Positions 62,454 through 64,000 of a DNA stretch of 64,000 nucleotides are shown here, one piece after another. The stretch lies in the IMG/VR virus record IMGVR_UViG_3300031576_000002, positions 141,228 through 205,227 of that record; one strand, given 5' to 3'. Positions within the stretch are counted from its first letter, which is position 1. Each line of letters starts with the position of its first letter. The translations under genes were made by a program, and so were the position numbers. The notes under the pieces were generated by a model that ran no database searches, was not told where the DNA came from, and saw only the letters and a program-made list of their open reading frames with translations.

Positions 62454-63277
62454 GTCTCCTCCCAGGGGAACGATACGAAGTTCACGTGCACAGAGATTTC
62501 ACCGCCCGGATCTTCGTTCGGATTGGGTTGTACAGCCACTCGAATCCAGTCGCCTTGATCGAGTCGTAGCAAATTGAGCGAGGCAAAGTACGATTGCGTT
62601 TGCGGTACTCGCACACGCCGGAAAAAGATTTCCGGGCTTCCTTCACGCTTCAAGTAAATGTGAACGGTCTCGTCCCCACCAGTCGCGGTCACTTCCAGGT
62701 TCTCCAAGTAGACCGTTCGATCGCTCGGAATCTGGAAGAAAATCACGTCCTGCTCAAGGCCCGAGGTGGGAACCGCGCTCACGTTGAACGCTTGGTCGCG
62801 CATGTGACGGCGTGTACTTGCCTGGAGAAAATCACCGTCGCTGTTCTGATCGCGGAGCCCATCTCGAATGTACATCTGCCCGACATAACCCGGAGGAGTT
62901 CCTCCCAGCCACGCAACGCCTTCGTTCACGACGTCCACGACGATGAGCGTGTCTGGGTCGAAGAGCTGGGCCGAGGTCACTCCCGGAGTCAAGGGCTCGG
63001 ACAGGAACGTGACCTGATGCTGGAACGTGGCGCCCATCGCAATCGAACTAGGCAGGTCGATCGCTTCCATCGCAGGATCTTGGATGTAGCGCCCGTCCGC
63101 AAGCTGGAGATGTCCTCGGATGTGGTAGGTCGGCGAAGTCCAGGTTGCGCCGCCCGGAGGAGATCCACCGTTCGTGATCTCGACCAAACAGTCTAGCTTG
63201 CCTCGAACACCGCCCGGAATATCAACCGGATGGCGCTTACGCATCCAGAGAATGCGCGTGTACGCAAGATCAGCCAT
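62450..63277 (-). CDS. Probable structural protein (Ig-like domains)
   Basis: VEITNGG..TW...VDVVNEGVAW. Confidence 0.6.
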   Translation of the reverse strand: MADLAYTRILWMRKRHPVDIPGGVRGKLDCLVEITNGGSPPGGATWTSPTYHIRGHLQLADGRYIQDPAMEAIDLPSSIAMGATFQHQVTFLSEPLTPGVTSAQLFDPDTLIVVDVVNEGVAWLGGTPPGYVGQMYIRDGLRDQNSDGDFLQASTRRHMRDQAFNVSAVPTSGLEQDVIFFQIPSDRTVYLENLEVTATGGDETVHIYLKREGSPEIFFRRVRVPQTQSYFASLNLLRLDQGDWIRVAVQPNPNEDPGGEISVHVNFVSFPWEET

Positions 63278-63518
63278 GGTTCCCGGCCTCCAGCATTCGG
63301 ATCGCTCGCTTCAGTGGAGAGCGCGCTACAAACACCCGCCAGCCGTCTCTTATGTCCGCGACGATGTCCTTCTCATTTTCCATGCGGCGCAGCGCGGTAA
63401 AGAGCGTGCTACGGTCTAGGCCCAAAATCCCGCCGATCTCCTTGGCCGCCATGATGCGCCTTCGCCCCAGGAGTTCGAGAACCTGGAGTCGGATAGACTC
63501 GTGGCTCCAGTGTGTCAC
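63270..63518 (-). CDS. Winged-helix DNA-binding protein
   Basis: IRLQVLELL...AKEIGGILGLDRSTLFTALRRME. Confidence 0.7.
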   Translation of the reverse strand: MTHWSHESIRLQVLELLGRRRIMAAKEIGGILGLDRSTLFTALRRMENEKDIVADIRDGWRVFVARSPLKRAIRMLEAGNHG

Positions 63519-63552
63519 GGAAAAAGTTTAAGCGGCGAAAGATAAATCAGGG

Positions 63553-64000
63553 TTAAGCCTTGATGCGCAAGCGTGCAGAGCTGCCGGACAAATCATCTGG
63601 GAGTGCTACATTGTAACGCTCTTCGCGCAAGAGTTTGACAGGATCTGCACGCACGACATGGTGTCTACCCTGCAACCCTCGGGAGGTCCAGGCGCCTTCG
63701 AAGCTCTGAATCACCACGTCCAGGGTCTCATCTGAGACCGCCGAGAACAGTAGTGGGTAGTCCAGCTCGATCTCGGTGGGGCTCACCCGCGCCGCAAATC
63801 GAGCGGTGCCCACGATCTCTGCCGTCTTCTGACGGTGCAGCCACACTTCAACGACAGGCGGCGGAGCTTGTGTCGGGTTACCTGTCATGGACAGCCCCAG
63901 GCGCACCGCCATCGTGTCGAATACTCCGAGGAAGGTCTCGTAGCACATACGGCAGAAGCGCCCTGCCGTCGCCGTGCCAAAAGGAGCCAGCGTGGGCTGC
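63553..64000 (-). CDS. Probable structural protein, partial (open past right edge)
   Basis: Frame open from the window end: ...GRFCRMCYETFLG CxxC motif. Confidence 0.6.
   Translation of the reverse strand, partial: QPTLAPFGTATAGRFCRMCYETFLGVFDTMAVRLGLSMTGNPTQAPPPVVEVWLHRQKTAEIVGTARFAARVSPTEIELDYPLLFSAVSDETLDVVIQSFEGAWTSRGLQGRHHVVRADPVKLLREERYNVALPDDLSGSSARLRIKA

Larger units (their letters stand above)
1..64000. other. Segment of a large dsDNA bacteriophage genome
   Basis: Near-continuous minus-strand coding with overlapping small ORFs; phage-type auxiliary genes (Thg1-like, Ead/Ea22-like, DUF550, HNH, MTase), a tRNA, virion-like genes; no bacterial housekeeping operons. Confidence 0.88.

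Noticed and set aside
1-64000. CRISPR array, TnpA/DDE transposase, DGR reverse transcriptase
   Set aside because: No regularly spaced repeats and no Y1-HUH, serine-recombinase, DDE or YxDD RT motifs recognised by eye in this window

Overview
The window looks like a segment of a large (jumbo-type) tailed dsDNA bacteriophage genome. It is densely coding and almost entirely on the minus strand, with many short ORFs coupled by ATGA/GTGA overlaps. It holds one tRNA-Lys(UUU) and auxiliary RNA/DNA-handling genes: a Thg1-like guanylyltransferase, two nucleotidyltransferases, PIN/DUF5615, NYN, a DHH phosphoesterase, an RNA-ligase remnant, a DNA methyltransferase, HNH nucleases and a DUF550 pyrophosphatase. 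Probable virion genes lie at both ends. No housekeeping genes, CRISPR array or transposase were seen. Main findings: (1) Two 1226-bp cassettes (5462-6687, 18821-20046) contain only a promoter and a catalytically intact tnpB. They are bounded by CATGC..CTTAAG terminal inverted repeats and ~10-bp target duplications, which are IS4/IS231-like DDE-type ends, not IS200/IS605 ends. A third tnpB (15956-17167) is a conventional IS1341-type insertion. (2) One gene was hit twice, by cassette 1 (with a start codon created inside the TIR) and by an intron-less HNH gene inserted in its FRGVHD motif. (3) A 121-nt promoter-driven structured RNA with 5S-rRNA-like size and ends precedes a PIN + nucleotidyltransferase pair. 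(4) A recurring phage promoter GTGYRDAA-N17-TATAGT, often leaderless. (5) DUF1566 genes with a DGR-variable-region-like tail, a poly-C frameshift switch and several short frameshift scars. Protein family calls come from motif recognition, not database searches.
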